A stretch of DNA of 64,000 nt from the NCBI GenBank assembly GCA_024650005.2, contig CP122380.1, forward strand, positions 192,001-256,000. Direction: 5' to 3'. The notes under the pieces were generated by a model that saw only the letters and a list, made by a program, of their open reading frames with translations, did not search any database and was not told the DNA's origin. Position numbers and translations under genes: made by a program. Positions 38,846 to 48,634 of the stretch are shown here, in pieces (the first letter of the stretch is position 1; the number at the start of each line of letters is the position of its first letter). Source of the DNA: Candidatus Bathyarchaeum tardum (GTDB lineage Archaea > Thermoproteota > Bathyarchaeia > Bathyarchaeales > Bathyarchaeaceae).

Positions 38846-39263
38846 TGTGCAGATTCGTGTTGATGCTGAAGTTAATCAAACAGAAGACTTAGAAAAGGTA
38901 AAAACTGCAGTTGAAAACATGTTTGGTCCTTTGGATTTTGAAGTAAAAGACAAACTCTGGGGTCAACTACTCACCGTACGGATTACTGGGACTCAAGGCT
39001 TAACTAAGCTATCTAATTTGCTTAAACGTGAGCAGATTCTTGCAGCTGCGCGAAAGGTTCTTCGTAACTGCATTGACAACAATTCTATAACGTTTTATCT
39101 TAACAAGCAAGTAGCCTATGCTGGACATGTTTCTTTTTCCCAACAAAGCCATGAATCCCCATTGGGACCAATCACCGTCAAAATTGACTGTGATGACCCC
39201 AAAAAACTAGTAAACTGGCTTGCCCCTCGAACCATAAAGCAAAGTTCCTCACGCAAAAAATAG
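38838..39263 (+). CDS. DUF54 / UPF0201 RNA-binding-like protein
   Basis: TEDLEKVK.AV.N.F, I..AARK.L, LNKQVAY.G.VSF, SPLGPI, WLAPRT. Confidence 0.85.
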   Translation: MTDVQIRVDAEVNQTEDLEKVKTAVENMFGPLDFEVKDKLWGQLLTVRITGTQGLTKLSNLLKREQILAAARKVLRNCIDNNSITFYLNKQVAYAGHVSFSQQSHESPLGPITVKIDCDDPKKLVNWLAPRTIKQSSSRKK

Positions 39264-39278
39264 CTGTAGTGTTTAGGG

Positions 39279-40061
39279 ATGGTTAAACCTGAAATTGGCT
39301 TGTCAATGCTTTACTGCCTCGATAAACCTTTCAAGTATGTTCTAAGTTCTTTGCCTGAACTTAATGTGAAGCACGTAGAATTAACCGACGAAGGATTCCA
39401 TGCCCTGACCAAAAATCGAATAAAAAAACTAAAAGAAATCGCCAAAACTAACAACCTTGACTTTGTTGTTCACGCCCCATGGGCAAACGTAAACATCGCA
39501 ACTATCAGCCCAGTTTTACGCCGAGCAGTTTTGAAACGGTTACGACAGTCTCTTGTTCTTTCTGGGCAGTTGGACTGCCTTTTGTGGCTTTTTCATCCTG
39601 GATTTAAGAGTGGTCTTGACAGGTTTTATCCTGGGAAAGATTGGGAATTAAATTTGGATTCTGTTCGCAGTTTACTAAAAGTTGCCCAGCAAGAAGGTGT
39701 AACTATTGCTATCGAGAATATTCCCGAGCCTTTCCCAGCATTGATGAAAAGTGTAGACGACTTTCATAGATTCTATCAAGACTTGAACGACGACATTGGT
39801 ATGGTGTTAGATGTTGCGCATGCTAATTTGAACAACCAAATTAACGATTTCATACAACAATTCTCCAAAAAAATCATACACATGCACCTGAGCGACAACC
39901 AAGGAACCAGTGACCAGCACCTAGGAATTGGCTATGGTACCTTAGACTGGCAAAACTTCGCAAAAGCGGTCAAAAAAGCCCGATACGATAAACTATTGAT
40001 GATTGAATCCACGGACCACCCACAACAAAGCATACAGTATCTCAACAAACTTTTTACTTAA
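39279..40061 (+). CDS. Sugar phosphate isomerase/epimerase (xylose isomerase-like TIM barrel)
   Basis: VHAP, FHPG, IAIEN, LDVAHA, HMHLSDN.G..D.HL..G.G. Confidence 0.88.
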   Translation: MVKPEIGLSMLYCLDKPFKYVLSSLPELNVKHVELTDEGFHALTKNRIKKLKEIAKTNNLDFVVHAPWANVNIATISPVLRRAVLKRLRQSLVLSGQLDCLLWLFHPGFKSGLDRFYPGKDWELNLDSVRSLLKVAQQEGVTIAIENIPEPFPALMKSVDDFHRFYQDLNDDIGMVLDVAHANLNNQINDFIQQFSKKIIHMHLSDNQGTSDQHLGIGYGTLDWQNFAKAVKKARYDKLLMIESTDHPQQSIQYLNKLFT

Positions 40062-40969
40062 TCTTTCAGGGCTAATTCTAGCTGCAAAAGGTCTTCTGCT
40101 AAAATCGTGTTAGGAAACGTCGTTTTTGCTTGTTCTAATAGCTGATTGGCATCTTTGTATCTGGCACTGATATGGGTTAAAACCAGTTTTTTGACGTTTG
40201 CTTGTTTCGCTGTTTGAGCAGCCATCGTTGGTGTAGAATGTTTATCTTTCAATGCTCTTTCCTGCAAGGCATCTTCAAAAGTAGATTCATGAATCAACAA
40301 ATCCGCGTTTTTTGCTAACTCAACCAAAGCTTCGGACGGTCCAGCATCTCCTGTGTAAACAATTTTTCTTCCCTGTCGAGAAGCCCCAAGAACATTTTCA
40401 GGCTTCACAACTTCACCGCTAGGAAGAGTAACAGATTTTCCTGACTGCAGCTCCGACCATAATGGACCTATAGGAACACCTAGTTTCTGGGCCATTTTTG
40501 TGTTAAATCTTCCCGGTCGCGGCTTTTCTGATAATGCGTAACATAATGCAGGGTCCATGTGACCTGAATCAACTGCTGTTACTTGGTACTCTTTTTCGTC
40601 ACAGACTAAGCCTGCTTCAACTTCAAAAATTTCTAAAGGAAAAGTGAGAGTATATGGCACAGTTTGATTTATTGCCTCCACAAAATCTTTGATTCCCTTT
40701 GGTCCATAGATTTGCAGCTCTTGTTTTCGGGATAAAAGGGACATGGTCTGTAAAAGACCAGGCAAACCTAAAACGTGGTCACCGTGCATGTGAGTAACAA
40801 AAATTTTTGTTTTACGTTGAAAACCCACACCTGCTTGCACCATTTGCCTTTGAGTTGCTTCTCCACAATCAAATAGTATTAACTCATTTTTTCTTCGAAT
40901 TGCAATTGCTGCAGAGCTCCTCTCAACTGTTGGAATGGCTGCTCCGGTTCCAAGAAATGTTATCTGCAA
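40058..40969 (-). CDS. rnz: Ribonuclease Z
   Basis: FLGTGAA.PT, FDCGE.TQ, THMHGDH, exosite, YTGD, HESTF, LTHISARY. Confidence 0.96.
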   Translation of the reverse strand: MQITFLGTGAAIPTVERSSAAIAIRRKNELILFDCGEATQRQMVQAGVGFQRKTKIFVTHMHGDHVLGLPGLLQTMSLLSRKQELQIYGPKGIKDFVEAINQTVPYTLTFPLEIFEVEAGLVCDEKEYQVTAVDSGHMDPALCYALSEKPRPGRFNTKMAQKLGVPIGPLWSELQSGKSVTLPSGEVVKPENVLGASRQGRKIVYTGDAGPSEALVELAKNADLLIHESTFEDALQERALKDKHSTPTMAAQTAKQANVKKLVLTHISARYKDANQLLEQAKTTFPNTILAEDLLQLELALKD

Positions 40970-41047
40970 AGTTGTATACTCCCGTTTTCTTTACAAATAG
41001 TATATTATATGTTTTTTAGGTTTATTTGATTACGCCTTCAAGGCTTG

Positions 41048-42079
41048 TTAGAGTTTTTCAAAAACTACTATTTCTCGGGTTAAACTTCTGTGCACATAAA
41101 CAAAATGAGACTCCAGATGTTTGAACCCTGCTGCTTGTGCGGTTTCACTTATCTGAATCTTTTTTGGAGCAGCCATACAGATCTTGGCACCTTTAGGTAA
41201 AGAGTTTCCGATTCCTGCTAGAAAATCTTCAACGATATATCTTGTTTTTGCGCCTAAGGTGCTTGCTGACCTGCCGTATGGGGGGTCTGTGACGATACAA
41301 TTCACTTTTGTTATTGGAGGACAACGGGCATCTGCTATTGCAAAGCCTTCTGCTTCTATTCCGAAGTGTTTGATGTTTTTTCGTCCACCTCGAAGCATGT
41401 GAGGTTTTGCGTCAAATCCAATAACACGACACCCTATCAGGCCTGCTTCGATAAGCATTCCTCCTGTTCCACAAAAAGGGTCTAAAATTAAATCACCTGT
41501 TTTTGGTTGAGCCAGATTAACCATGGCTCGCGCCAGTTTAGCCTGCATAGCCGTAGGATGAAAGAAAGGTCTTCTTCTTGGTCTTCGATCAGAGAACGGT
41601 TTAGGGGTGATTTCTGCAAGTTTCAAACCAAAAATAAACTTGTTATCTGTTAAAACTCCATAGAACGTTTTTTGTGGATTTGTCAAATTAACTTTAGATG
41701 TGGTAACCTTTTCAAGTATGGTGGCACCAACATGCCCTTCAAGCCAAACACGGTCAATTTCTGGATTTACCCCTTTTACTCTGCGAATTCTCACAGCAAA
41801 AGTTTCGTTACCAATAAACTCGTCGACAAAAGACTGAATGTTATCCAAGATTTTTTCTGTTGAAGCATTACAGTTGAAGATTTCTTGGCAACAAACCCGA
41901 GTCAAAGCTGACCTTGCCTTAATAGAATCTATGCAGTTTGTTTCTGCTTCAAGGCGCAGTACCTGGGTTAGTTTTTCTTTGATTTGGTACCTATACCCTT
42001 CTGCTTTTAGAATAGCTTCTGCTTCCGAAACTGGAAGAGTTTCATGCTCTCCTGAAGTCTGGAAAAAAAGTTTGCCCAA
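41048..42079 (-). CDS. tRNA (guanine-10 N2) methyltransferase, THUMP + MTase (Trm11/TrmG10)
   Basis: SGEH..LP..E, RPFFHP....KLARAMVNL, DPFCGTGG, TDPPYG, VHRSLTR. Confidence 0.92.
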   Translation of the reverse strand: MGKLFFQTSGEHETLPVSEAEAILKAEGYRYQIKEKLTQVLRLEAETNCIDSIKARSALTRVCCQEIFNCNASTEKILDNIQSFVDEFIGNETFAVRIRRVKGVNPEIDRVWLEGHVGATILEKVTTSKVNLTNPQKTFYGVLTDNKFIFGLKLAEITPKPFSDRRPRRRPFFHPTAMQAKLARAMVNLAQPKTGDLILDPFCGTGGMLIEAGLIGCRVIGFDAKPHMLRGGRKNIKHFGIEAEGFAIADARCPPITKVNCIVTDPPYGRSASTLGAKTRYIVEDFLAGIGNSLPKGAKICMAAPKKIQISETAQAAGFKHLESHFVYVHRSLTREIVVFEKL

Positions 42080-42090
42080 GAAATTGGCAC

Positions 42091-42966
42091 CTATTTGGTT
42101 GACAATGCCTCCACGATCAGTGGTGCAAGGGATACTTGTCTAACTGTGCTGGGGATGCTGTCTGTGCCCACGATTTCTTCGGCTCCGCTTTCTATAATCT
42201 TGGTTTTTGCTTCCCCAATAAGTAACGGGTGAACACAAGCAGCGAAGACTCTTCGTGCGCCTTGGCTTTTGAGCATCTTTATCGCTCGGGCTATTGTTCC
42301 ACCTGTGCTGATTATGTCGTCAAAAACGATTACATCTTTGCCTTTCACGTTGAGGCACTTTTCTTCAACCTGAATCTCACCAGTATAACGGTCACGTTCC
42401 TTTCGTAACCACCCACAACCTCCACCAAGAACCTTGTCTGCCTCTTCAGCTAACTTGATGGCACCCTTATCAGGGGACAATGCAAAAGCACCATCTAGTC
42501 CTTTGTTTTTGAAGTCTTGGGCTAACAAAGTTATGGCTGAAAGATTCATTGTGGGAATTGAGAACCAGTTCAGACTGTTTTTGGCATGAATGTTAACTGT
42601 AACAAACTTGTCGATGTTACATGCTTCCAGTAGTTTTACTAATGTTTGGCTGCTGATTGCTTCCCCTGCCAAGAAACGTTTGTCTTGTCTGGCAAAGGCC
42701 AAATACGGAACAACTGCGGTTACTTTTTTTGCTCCCAAGTCTTTAGCTGCATCTAGGGTCAACAACAATTGCATAACGTTTTTGTCTTGAGGTTGCCCAG
42801 TGGTCTGAACTACAATAACCTCTTCATCTGTCAAGTCACCATCAAAACGTAACGAATACTCTCCGTCAGGAAACCCTTTGACGTTAACATTAACGATTTC
42901 TGCATTTAGGTCTTCAGCAACTTTTTTGCCCAAATTTTGAGCACTTGGACCTGGAACAACTATCAT
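42091..42966 (-). CDS. prs: Ribose-phosphate pyrophosphokinase
   Basis: FPDGE, PYLAFARQD, SPDKGA, FDDIISTGGT. Confidence 0.96.
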   Translation of the reverse strand: MIVVPGPSAQNLGKKVAEDLNAEIVNVNVKGFPDGEYSLRFDGDLTDEEVIVVQTTGQPQDKNVMQLLLTLDAAKDLGAKKVTAVVPYLAFARQDKRFLAGEAISSQTLVKLLEACNIDKFVTVNIHAKNSLNWFSIPTMNLSAITLLAQDFKNKGLDGAFALSPDKGAIKLAEEADKVLGGGCGWLRKERDRYTGEIQVEEKCLNVKGKDVIVFDDIISTGGTIARAIKMLKSQGARRVFAACVHPLLIGEAKTKIIESGAEEIVGTDSIPSTVRQVSLAPLIVEALSTK

Positions 42967-44243
42967 AGTTTTCCCTTCTGTTTGTATTCTTCTATGAGCT
43001 CTTTGGCTCGGCTCATTCGAACTTGTTTTTCTTCAACCATGCGCTCCACTACCATTTCAACCAATTTTCCTGACGCTCCCGCGGTGATAGCCAAGTTACG
43101 AGCATGCAAACCCATGTGTCCTCTTTGGATTCCTTCATTAACTAAGGCACGTAGCGCTGCAAGATTTTGAGCTAAACCTACGGCTGCACATACTTCTCCA
43201 AGTTCATTGGCTGTTTTCACTCCTAAAATTTTCAAGGCAATTTTAGCAGTTGGGTGAACTTTCGTGGCTCCACCAATTATTCCTATGGCCATTGGCAGTT
43301 CAATTGAGCCTACCAAGTCCCCGTCACTGTTTTTCTCCCAGTGAGACAAAGTAGTATACTCCCCGTTTCTGATCGCATAAGCGTGGGCTCCTGCTTCGAT
43401 TGCTCGGTGGTCGTTTCCTGTTGCTGAAACAACTGCAATTATGCCGTTCATTATGCCTTTGTTGTTGGTTGATGCCCTAAAGGGGTCAACTACACCAAAA
43501 TTGTACGCTTGAACAATGCCATCAACAACATCTTCACCGCCAACAGCTTCTTTATCTATTATTACCCATGCCCGAGCTAACCGTTTAACTGCAAGATTAG
43601 AAAGTATTCGCAGGTAGACTCGACCGCCTGTTATTCTTTCTATCACGGGGGCGATGGCTTCAGTCATAGTGTTTACGGCGTTGGCACCCATTGCATCCCG
43701 ACAATCAACATAAAGTTCGGTAATTACCATGGGACCAGTTTTTGTGTCAATTACCTTAACTTGTAAATCTTTAGCTCCACCGCCAACAGAAAGAAGCATG
43801 GAGTCTTGATCGTTTGCTTTTTTGAGAATCTCTTGTTTGGCTGACAGTATCTTCATTTTTGCTCCAAAAGGTTCTTTGATGTTTACTGCTTGGATTTGCC
43901 CAATCATTATTGGGTCAGTGCTACTTGTGAAAAACCCACCTTTTTTTCCTGCCATTTTAGCGCCATAAGACGCTGCTGCAACAACTGAAGGTTCCTCTGT
44001 TACCATGGGTATCATGTATTCTTTGTTGTTAACAACAAAATTCATGGCAATTCCCAGAGGCAATGGAAATGTTCCTACAACATTTTCTATCATTACTTCT
44101 GCGAGTTCCATTTTCAAGGCACCTGTGGTCTGTAATAGTTGAACTTCTTCATCGGTTAGCCCTGCAAACTCTTTAACATGCTGCATTCGTTCTTGAGGTG
44201 TTAATTTGTAAAACCCTGGAATTTGAGACTTTTTCATTATCAT
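42963..44243 (-). CDS. mvaA: HMG-CoA reductase, class II
   Basis: ENVVG, EEPSVVAA, DAMGAN, RILSNL, NKGIMNG, GND.RA.EA, EGIQRGHM.LH. Confidence 0.95.
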   Translation of the reverse strand: MIMKKSQIPGFYKLTPQERMQHVKEFAGLTDEEVQLLQTTGALKMELAEVMIENVVGTFPLPLGIAMNFVVNNKEYMIPMVTEEPSVVAAASYGAKMAGKKGGFFTSSTDPIMIGQIQAVNIKEPFGAKMKILSAKQEILKKANDQDSMLLSVGGGAKDLQVKVIDTKTGPMVITELYVDCRDAMGANAVNTMTEAIAPVIERITGGRVYLRILSNLAVKRLARAWVIIDKEAVGGEDVVDGIVQAYNFGVVDPFRASTNNKGIMNGIIAVVSATGNDHRAIEAGAHAYAIRNGEYTTLSHWEKNSDGDLVGSIELPMAIGIIGGATKVHPTAKIALKILGVKTANELGEVCAAVGLAQNLAALRALVNEGIQRGHMGLHARNLAITAGASGKLVEMVVERMVEEKQVRMSRAKELIEEYKQKGKL

Positions 44244-44307
44244 GCCTCTGATAAACTCAGTTTACTTTTAACGGAATCGCATATGAATCTATCTGAGCAC
44301 CCGGTAT

Positions 44308-45213
44308 TCACGTTCTTTCAATGCAAGAAATGTAATATACAATATCGTTAGTGAATTTCCCCCAATTATTTGCGATTTTTCTGACTTGAGTCTCTGTAAG
44401 CAATTTATTGTCTGAATAAAAGTTTGAAACTGTCCGCCGAACCCCAAGATCTCCAGCAGGAATAGCAGTACTTCTTTTCAAACCCGCAAACAAAACCATC
44501 TCAGCAGTCCATGTTCCTACGCCGTGAAAGTGTTTTAATGCTTCAGTTACTTCAGCGTTTGAAAGCAAAACTAAACCTTCGGCATCAAACTTGTTGTTAG
44601 TTACTTGCTGAGCTATTTCTTTAATACACTGAGCTTTGCGCCAACTCACTCCACATTTTCTGATTTCTTGAAGGCTTATTTTAGTAAACTTTTCTGGCGT
44701 TGGAAAATCGTAGTAAATTAGGTCATTTACTTTAATGCTGTCTCCGAATCGGGTTACCATCTTGTTAGTAATAGAATAAGCAACTTTGATTGAAATTTGC
44801 TGCTGAATTATCGACTTAATGAAACATTCAAAAACAGTAATCCCAAAACCTGCAGCTTTCAAACCCACAAACTGATTTTTCAAGTCAGCAATTTCCTTGT
44901 TTTGTTCCATAAACTTGTAAAGTTCAGTTAAGTCTTGACTAAACGAAAAAATGTTATCCAGTTTCTCTGTCAAATCCTGTTTTTCTTTCGCATCTAATTT
45001 TTCACCAAAATATTGCAGCTCAATTTTTGGGTCTTGAATTGTACCTTTTGACAGTAATGATACTGGAACAAGTTTTCCTGAATCTAACTTTACGGCACGT
45101 CTCCAAATGCTTTCATTGTAGACTTCTGGCATAGGTTTTTGGTATCCAAATACTCTGCAGTTCAGATCGAAATCGAAGGGTGCCTTCGGATAAATGAAAA
45201 AATTTTGAAACAT
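44308..45213 (-). CDS. alkA: DNA-3-methyladenine glycosylase II (AlkA family)
   Basis: SIIQQQIS, FPTPE, HhH GVGTWTAE, PAGDLGV. Confidence 0.9.
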   Translation of the reverse strand: MFQNFFIYPKAPFDFDLNCRVFGYQKPMPEVYNESIWRRAVKLDSGKLVPVSLLSKGTIQDPKIELQYFGEKLDAKEKQDLTEKLDNIFSFSQDLTELYKFMEQNKEIADLKNQFVGLKAAGFGITVFECFIKSIIQQQISIKVAYSITNKMVTRFGDSIKVNDLIYYDFPTPEKFTKISLQEIRKCGVSWRKAQCIKEIAQQVTNNKFDAEGLVLLSNAEVTEALKHFHGVGTWTAEMVLFAGLKRSTAIPAGDLGVRRTVSNFYSDNKLLTETQVRKIANNWGKFTNDIVYYISCIERT

Positions 45214-45246
45214 CAGATATGTTTCCTCAATTATTTGAATAGTTAA

Positions 45247-45501
45247 TTATTCACTCCATGCTTGGTTAGAGAATTCGATTGCATGCAAAATTTTTTGTTT
45301 GAAATCTGAATCTTCACATTCGAAGGAGTACATTACAAATCCATCAAAGGCGAAAAAGTACATTCTGCCTGTTTGGTAGATTATTTTTGGTTTGGCGATT
45401 TCTACCAGTTCTAAAAACTGTTTTCTTTTGAATTTAACCCGATATGAGCTGGTGTGTTGTGCTGCAATAACTGCCGCTGTGGTTACTCCTGCTGTTGCCA
45501 T
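45247..45501 (-). CDS. Hypothetical protein
   Basis: ATG preceded by GTGAGG SD; 84 aa. Confidence 0.65.
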   Translation of the reverse strand: MATAGVTTAAVIAAQHTSSYRVKFKRKQFLELVEIAKPKIIYQTGRMYFFAFDGFVMYSFECEDSDFKQKILHAIEFSNQAWSE

Positions 45502-45642
45502 TCTTTTTTAACCTCACAAAATATTATTATTCATTTCTGGTATAGTTTTTTCCCTTTTTTTGGATAATTTGACCCGAAACCCTTTTTCCAGCATCTATCT
45601 TTATATATTAACATATGAACATGAACTGAAAAGGCGAGAAGT

Positions 45643-45849
45643 ATGAGATATTGCCCTGAATGTGGTGGCGAACTACATTACGTGTCCCTTACAAAGCGTT
45701 ACGTTTGCAAGAGCTGCGGTCTTTCTCTGACTCCCCAAGAACTTTATGAGTTGCGCGAAAATAATCGACCAACTTACGAAACACCTGAGGAGCAAAAACA
45801 ACAACAGAGAAAGGATTACCTGAAGTGGTACCTCAGCAAGAAAAAATAA
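45643..45849 (+). CDS. Zinc-ribbon small protein
   Basis: CPECGG...YVCKSCG; C-terminal DYLKWYL. Confidence 0.8.
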   Translation: MRYCPECGGELHYVSLTKRYVCKSCGLSLTPQELYELRENNRPTYETPEEQKQQQRKDYLKWYLSKKK

Positions 45850-45981
45850 GCATTGATAAAACTTAATGTTTTGAAAGAAAACCTAGCATACATGCTTTTT
45901 GGTAGCATTTTTATTCATTAAACAAAGCAGTTATCTTTTCGTTTTCAATTATTACTCAACAGTTTCTAGGTTAGGATCACT

Positions 45982-46809
45982 ATGAATCAATCTGTGGAAA
46001 TAATCTGTGTTGGAAACGAACTTCTTATCGGCAAAACCTTGAATACAAACGCTCAATGGTTAACAAAACGAATCACAACCTTGGGTTTACTCGTCAAACG
46101 GGTTACTGTTGTGGGCGACAACCTTTCTGATATATCAATGGCAATAAAAGAAGCAATCCAACGCAAGCCCTGTTATGTTATAATCACTGGTGGGTTGGGT
46201 CCAACCTTTGATGACATGACCCTAGAAGGACTAGCCAAAGCCTTAAACCGCCAAACCAAAGTTGACGACCAAGCTTTGCAAATGGTTGCAGAAAAATATC
46301 GTATGTACGCAAAAGATGTCAAGATAAATGAAATTGAGTTAACTCCCCATCGTTTAAAGATGGCCAAAATTCCTGTAGGCTCTACAGTTGTTCGTAATCC
46401 AATGGGGACCGCTCCTGCAGTAAAGTTTGAACATAAAAACATTACCATATTTGCCCTTCCCGGGGTGCCCTCTGAAATGAAAGGCATATTTGAAGAATCA
46501 ATTGCTCCGTTACTCAAGAATGCTGGTCAAGGAATGAACTTTTTTGAAACCAGCATAGTTTCTACAAATGTTATGGAGTCAGAAATGGCACCTTTTATTG
46601 ATGTTGCAATGAAAGACAACCCTTATGTTTACATAAAATCTCATCCCAAAGGAACTGAAACCTCATCTTTCATTGAGTTTCATCTTTCCTCCACCGACAA
46701 AGATGCTGATGTTGCCAAAAATCGTGTTAACAAGGCCCTTGCTCATCTCAAAGAACTGATTCAGAAACGAGGTGGAACAATAATAACTACCCTGCCTGAT
46801 GATTTTTAA
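45982..46809 (+). CDS. CinA N-terminal-like / MoCF-binding domain protein
   Basis: VGNELLIG..LNTN, TGGLGPT.DD.T, N..GTAP, LPGVP.EM, YIKSHP. Confidence 0.9.
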   Translation: MNQSVEIICVGNELLIGKTLNTNAQWLTKRITTLGLLVKRVTVVGDNLSDISMAIKEAIQRKPCYVIITGGLGPTFDDMTLEGLAKALNRQTKVDDQALQMVAEKYRMYAKDVKINEIELTPHRLKMAKIPVGSTVVRNPMGTAPAVKFEHKNITIFALPGVPSEMKGIFEESIAPLLKNAGQGMNFFETSIVSTNVMESEMAPFIDVAMKDNPYVYIKSHPKGTETSSFIEFHLSSTDKDADVAKNRVNKALAHLKELIQKRGGTIITTLPDDF

Positions 46810-46887
46810 CTCTTCGAAACAGACAACAATTATATCCTCTGATGAAAATAAGACCTTCATGTATGTTTAGTGTTGGTTGGTGTTTGA

Positions 46888-47649
46888 GTGGTCATAATTT
46901 TTCTTATTGGAACTGCTGGGTCGGGCAAGTCTCTTCTTACTGCGTCTTTGAATGAATTGCTCAAAGTCCAAAAACAAAAATCAATTACAGTAAACTTGGA
47001 TCCAGGTGTTTCAAACCTGCCCTATAAACCAGATATCGATATCAGAAACAAAATTGACATTAACCAAATCATGGAAGAATACCAACTTGGACCCAACGGC
47101 GCCTTGGTTCTAGCTTCAGACCTTATAGCAGAAGAAGCCGCAACCATCGGAGGTGAAATCGAAGATTTCCAATCAGATGTTGTTCTGGTGGACACCCCTG
47201 GGCAAATGGAGTTGTTTGCTTTTCGAGCAAGTGGACCCTATATTGCAAACGAATTAACATCTGAACAAAAAGCAATCGTGTACCTTTTTGATTCTGTGTT
47301 TTCTTTTAATCCTCTGAATTATGTTTCAAACATGTTCTTGGCCTCTGCAGTGTATAACAGGTTCTTTTTCCCACAGTTGCATGTGCTTTCAAAATGTGAT
47401 CTGTTGCCTCCTGAAGAATCGGAACGGATTGTTGAATGGTCCCTAGACCCAGAAATGCTTGAAACAGTAATCGAAGAAACTCTCGAAGGAACCCGTATGC
47501 TTTTGAGCCGAGACATGGTTCACGTTATTCACCGTTTGGGGCTAGATTTTCAGTTGGTGCCTGTGTCTGCAAGGACTAATTATGGAATAATTGAGCTAAA
47601 CTCTGCGCTGGAACGAATTCTGGTGGGTGGCGAAAAGTTTACTATGTAA
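46888..47649 (+). CDS. GPN-loop GTPase
   Basis: GTAGSGKS, NLDP, LGPNG, DTPGQME. Confidence 0.95.
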   Translation: MVIIFLIGTAGSGKSLLTASLNELLKVQKQKSITVNLDPGVSNLPYKPDIDIRNKIDINQIMEEYQLGPNGALVLASDLIAEEAATIGGEIEDFQSDVVLVDTPGQMELFAFRASGPYIANELTSEQKAIVYLFDSVFSFNPLNYVSNMFLASAVYNRFFFPQLHVLSKCDLLPPEESERIVEWSLDPEMLETVIEETLEGTRMLLSRDMVHVIHRLGLDFQLVPVSARTNYGIIELNSALERILVGGEKFTM

Positions 47650-47842
47650 CTTTCTATTTCGTAAAGTTCTGAAAGATTAAAATATGGTGAACATAAAATA
47701 ATTGCATCAAACCTTTGGAACTAGATTTTTTATTTTTTATTGGTATATAATAAGATTTGTGTTTTTTTGTGTATTTAAATCATACATGTGTTAAACATTT
47801 ATGCATAATGTTTATATTTCACACTATTATGAATTTGTAACT

Positions 47843-48328
47843 ATGATGAAAAAAAGAATGCTCAGACTCTTGTTTGAGCTTATGAAAAACGCTAAACGAA
47901 GCGACAGGGAAATCGCAAAAATCATCGGAGTCTCCCAGCCAACCATTACACGAATGCGACAACGGCTCGAAAAAAAAGCCATAGTCGATTACACCGTAAT
48001 TCCCGATTGGACCGAATTGGGTTTTGAAATCATGGCAATGACCTTGGTCAAAGCCAAAGGCTCAGTTGAAGTAACTGAAAAAGCAAAGAAATGGGCTATG
48101 GAAAACGCTAACGTTGTTTTCGCAGCAAGCGGTGAAGGCTTTGGAATGGATTTCTCGGTTTTGTCTTTCCACCGTAACTATTCCGGATACTCCAAATTCG
48201 TTGACGAACTAAAAGCACAACTCGCAGACAACATCCAAGACGTACAAAGCTTCCTGATGGCAACTGACAAAGAACGCACCCTAAAACCCCTCTCCCTCAA
48301 ATACCTTGAAAAAGCAGCAGAAGAATAA
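47843..48328 (+). CDS. Lrp/AsnC family regulator
   Basis: KNAKRSDREIAKIIGVSQPTITR HTH; RAM-like C-terminus. Confidence 0.88.
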   Translation: MMKKRMLRLLFELMKNAKRSDREIAKIIGVSQPTITRMRQRLEKKAIVDYTVIPDWTELGFEIMAMTLVKAKGSVEVTEKAKKWAMENANVVFAASGEGFGMDFSVLSFHRNYSGYSKFVDELKAQLADNIQDVQSFLMATDKERTLKPLSLKYLEKAAEE

Positions 48329-48634
48329 GACTAAACAACGCACAAAGGCGTTGTTAACGTCCATTTTTTTCTTTTTTTAGAACTTTTCTTATGCTTCTGA
48401 TTTTTCAGAAAAAAGCTTGTTTTGGAAGTTTAACCTCCGGAAAAATTAAAAATCATATTAAAATTTGAGATTACGGGAATTTAATTTTTCACCGAAGTTA
48501 TTCTTGGAAAATAAAACTGTTCTATAATGTGAAAATAACTGATTACCTGGTAGATTACAAAACTATAATACTGAATCGACTAACTTAAATTAATAAAAAA
48601 CAGTATTTGTATAAAACACCCGAAATGTGGTTCA

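Noticed and set aside
42963-44243. Class II HMG-CoA reductase in an archaeon as a novelty
   Set aside because: Already known in several archaeal lineages, for example Archaeoglobus
45565-45590. TTTGACCCGAAACCCTTTTT resembling the PEF-CTERM promoter motif
   Set aside because: Only a half-site; the GTCAA arm is absent
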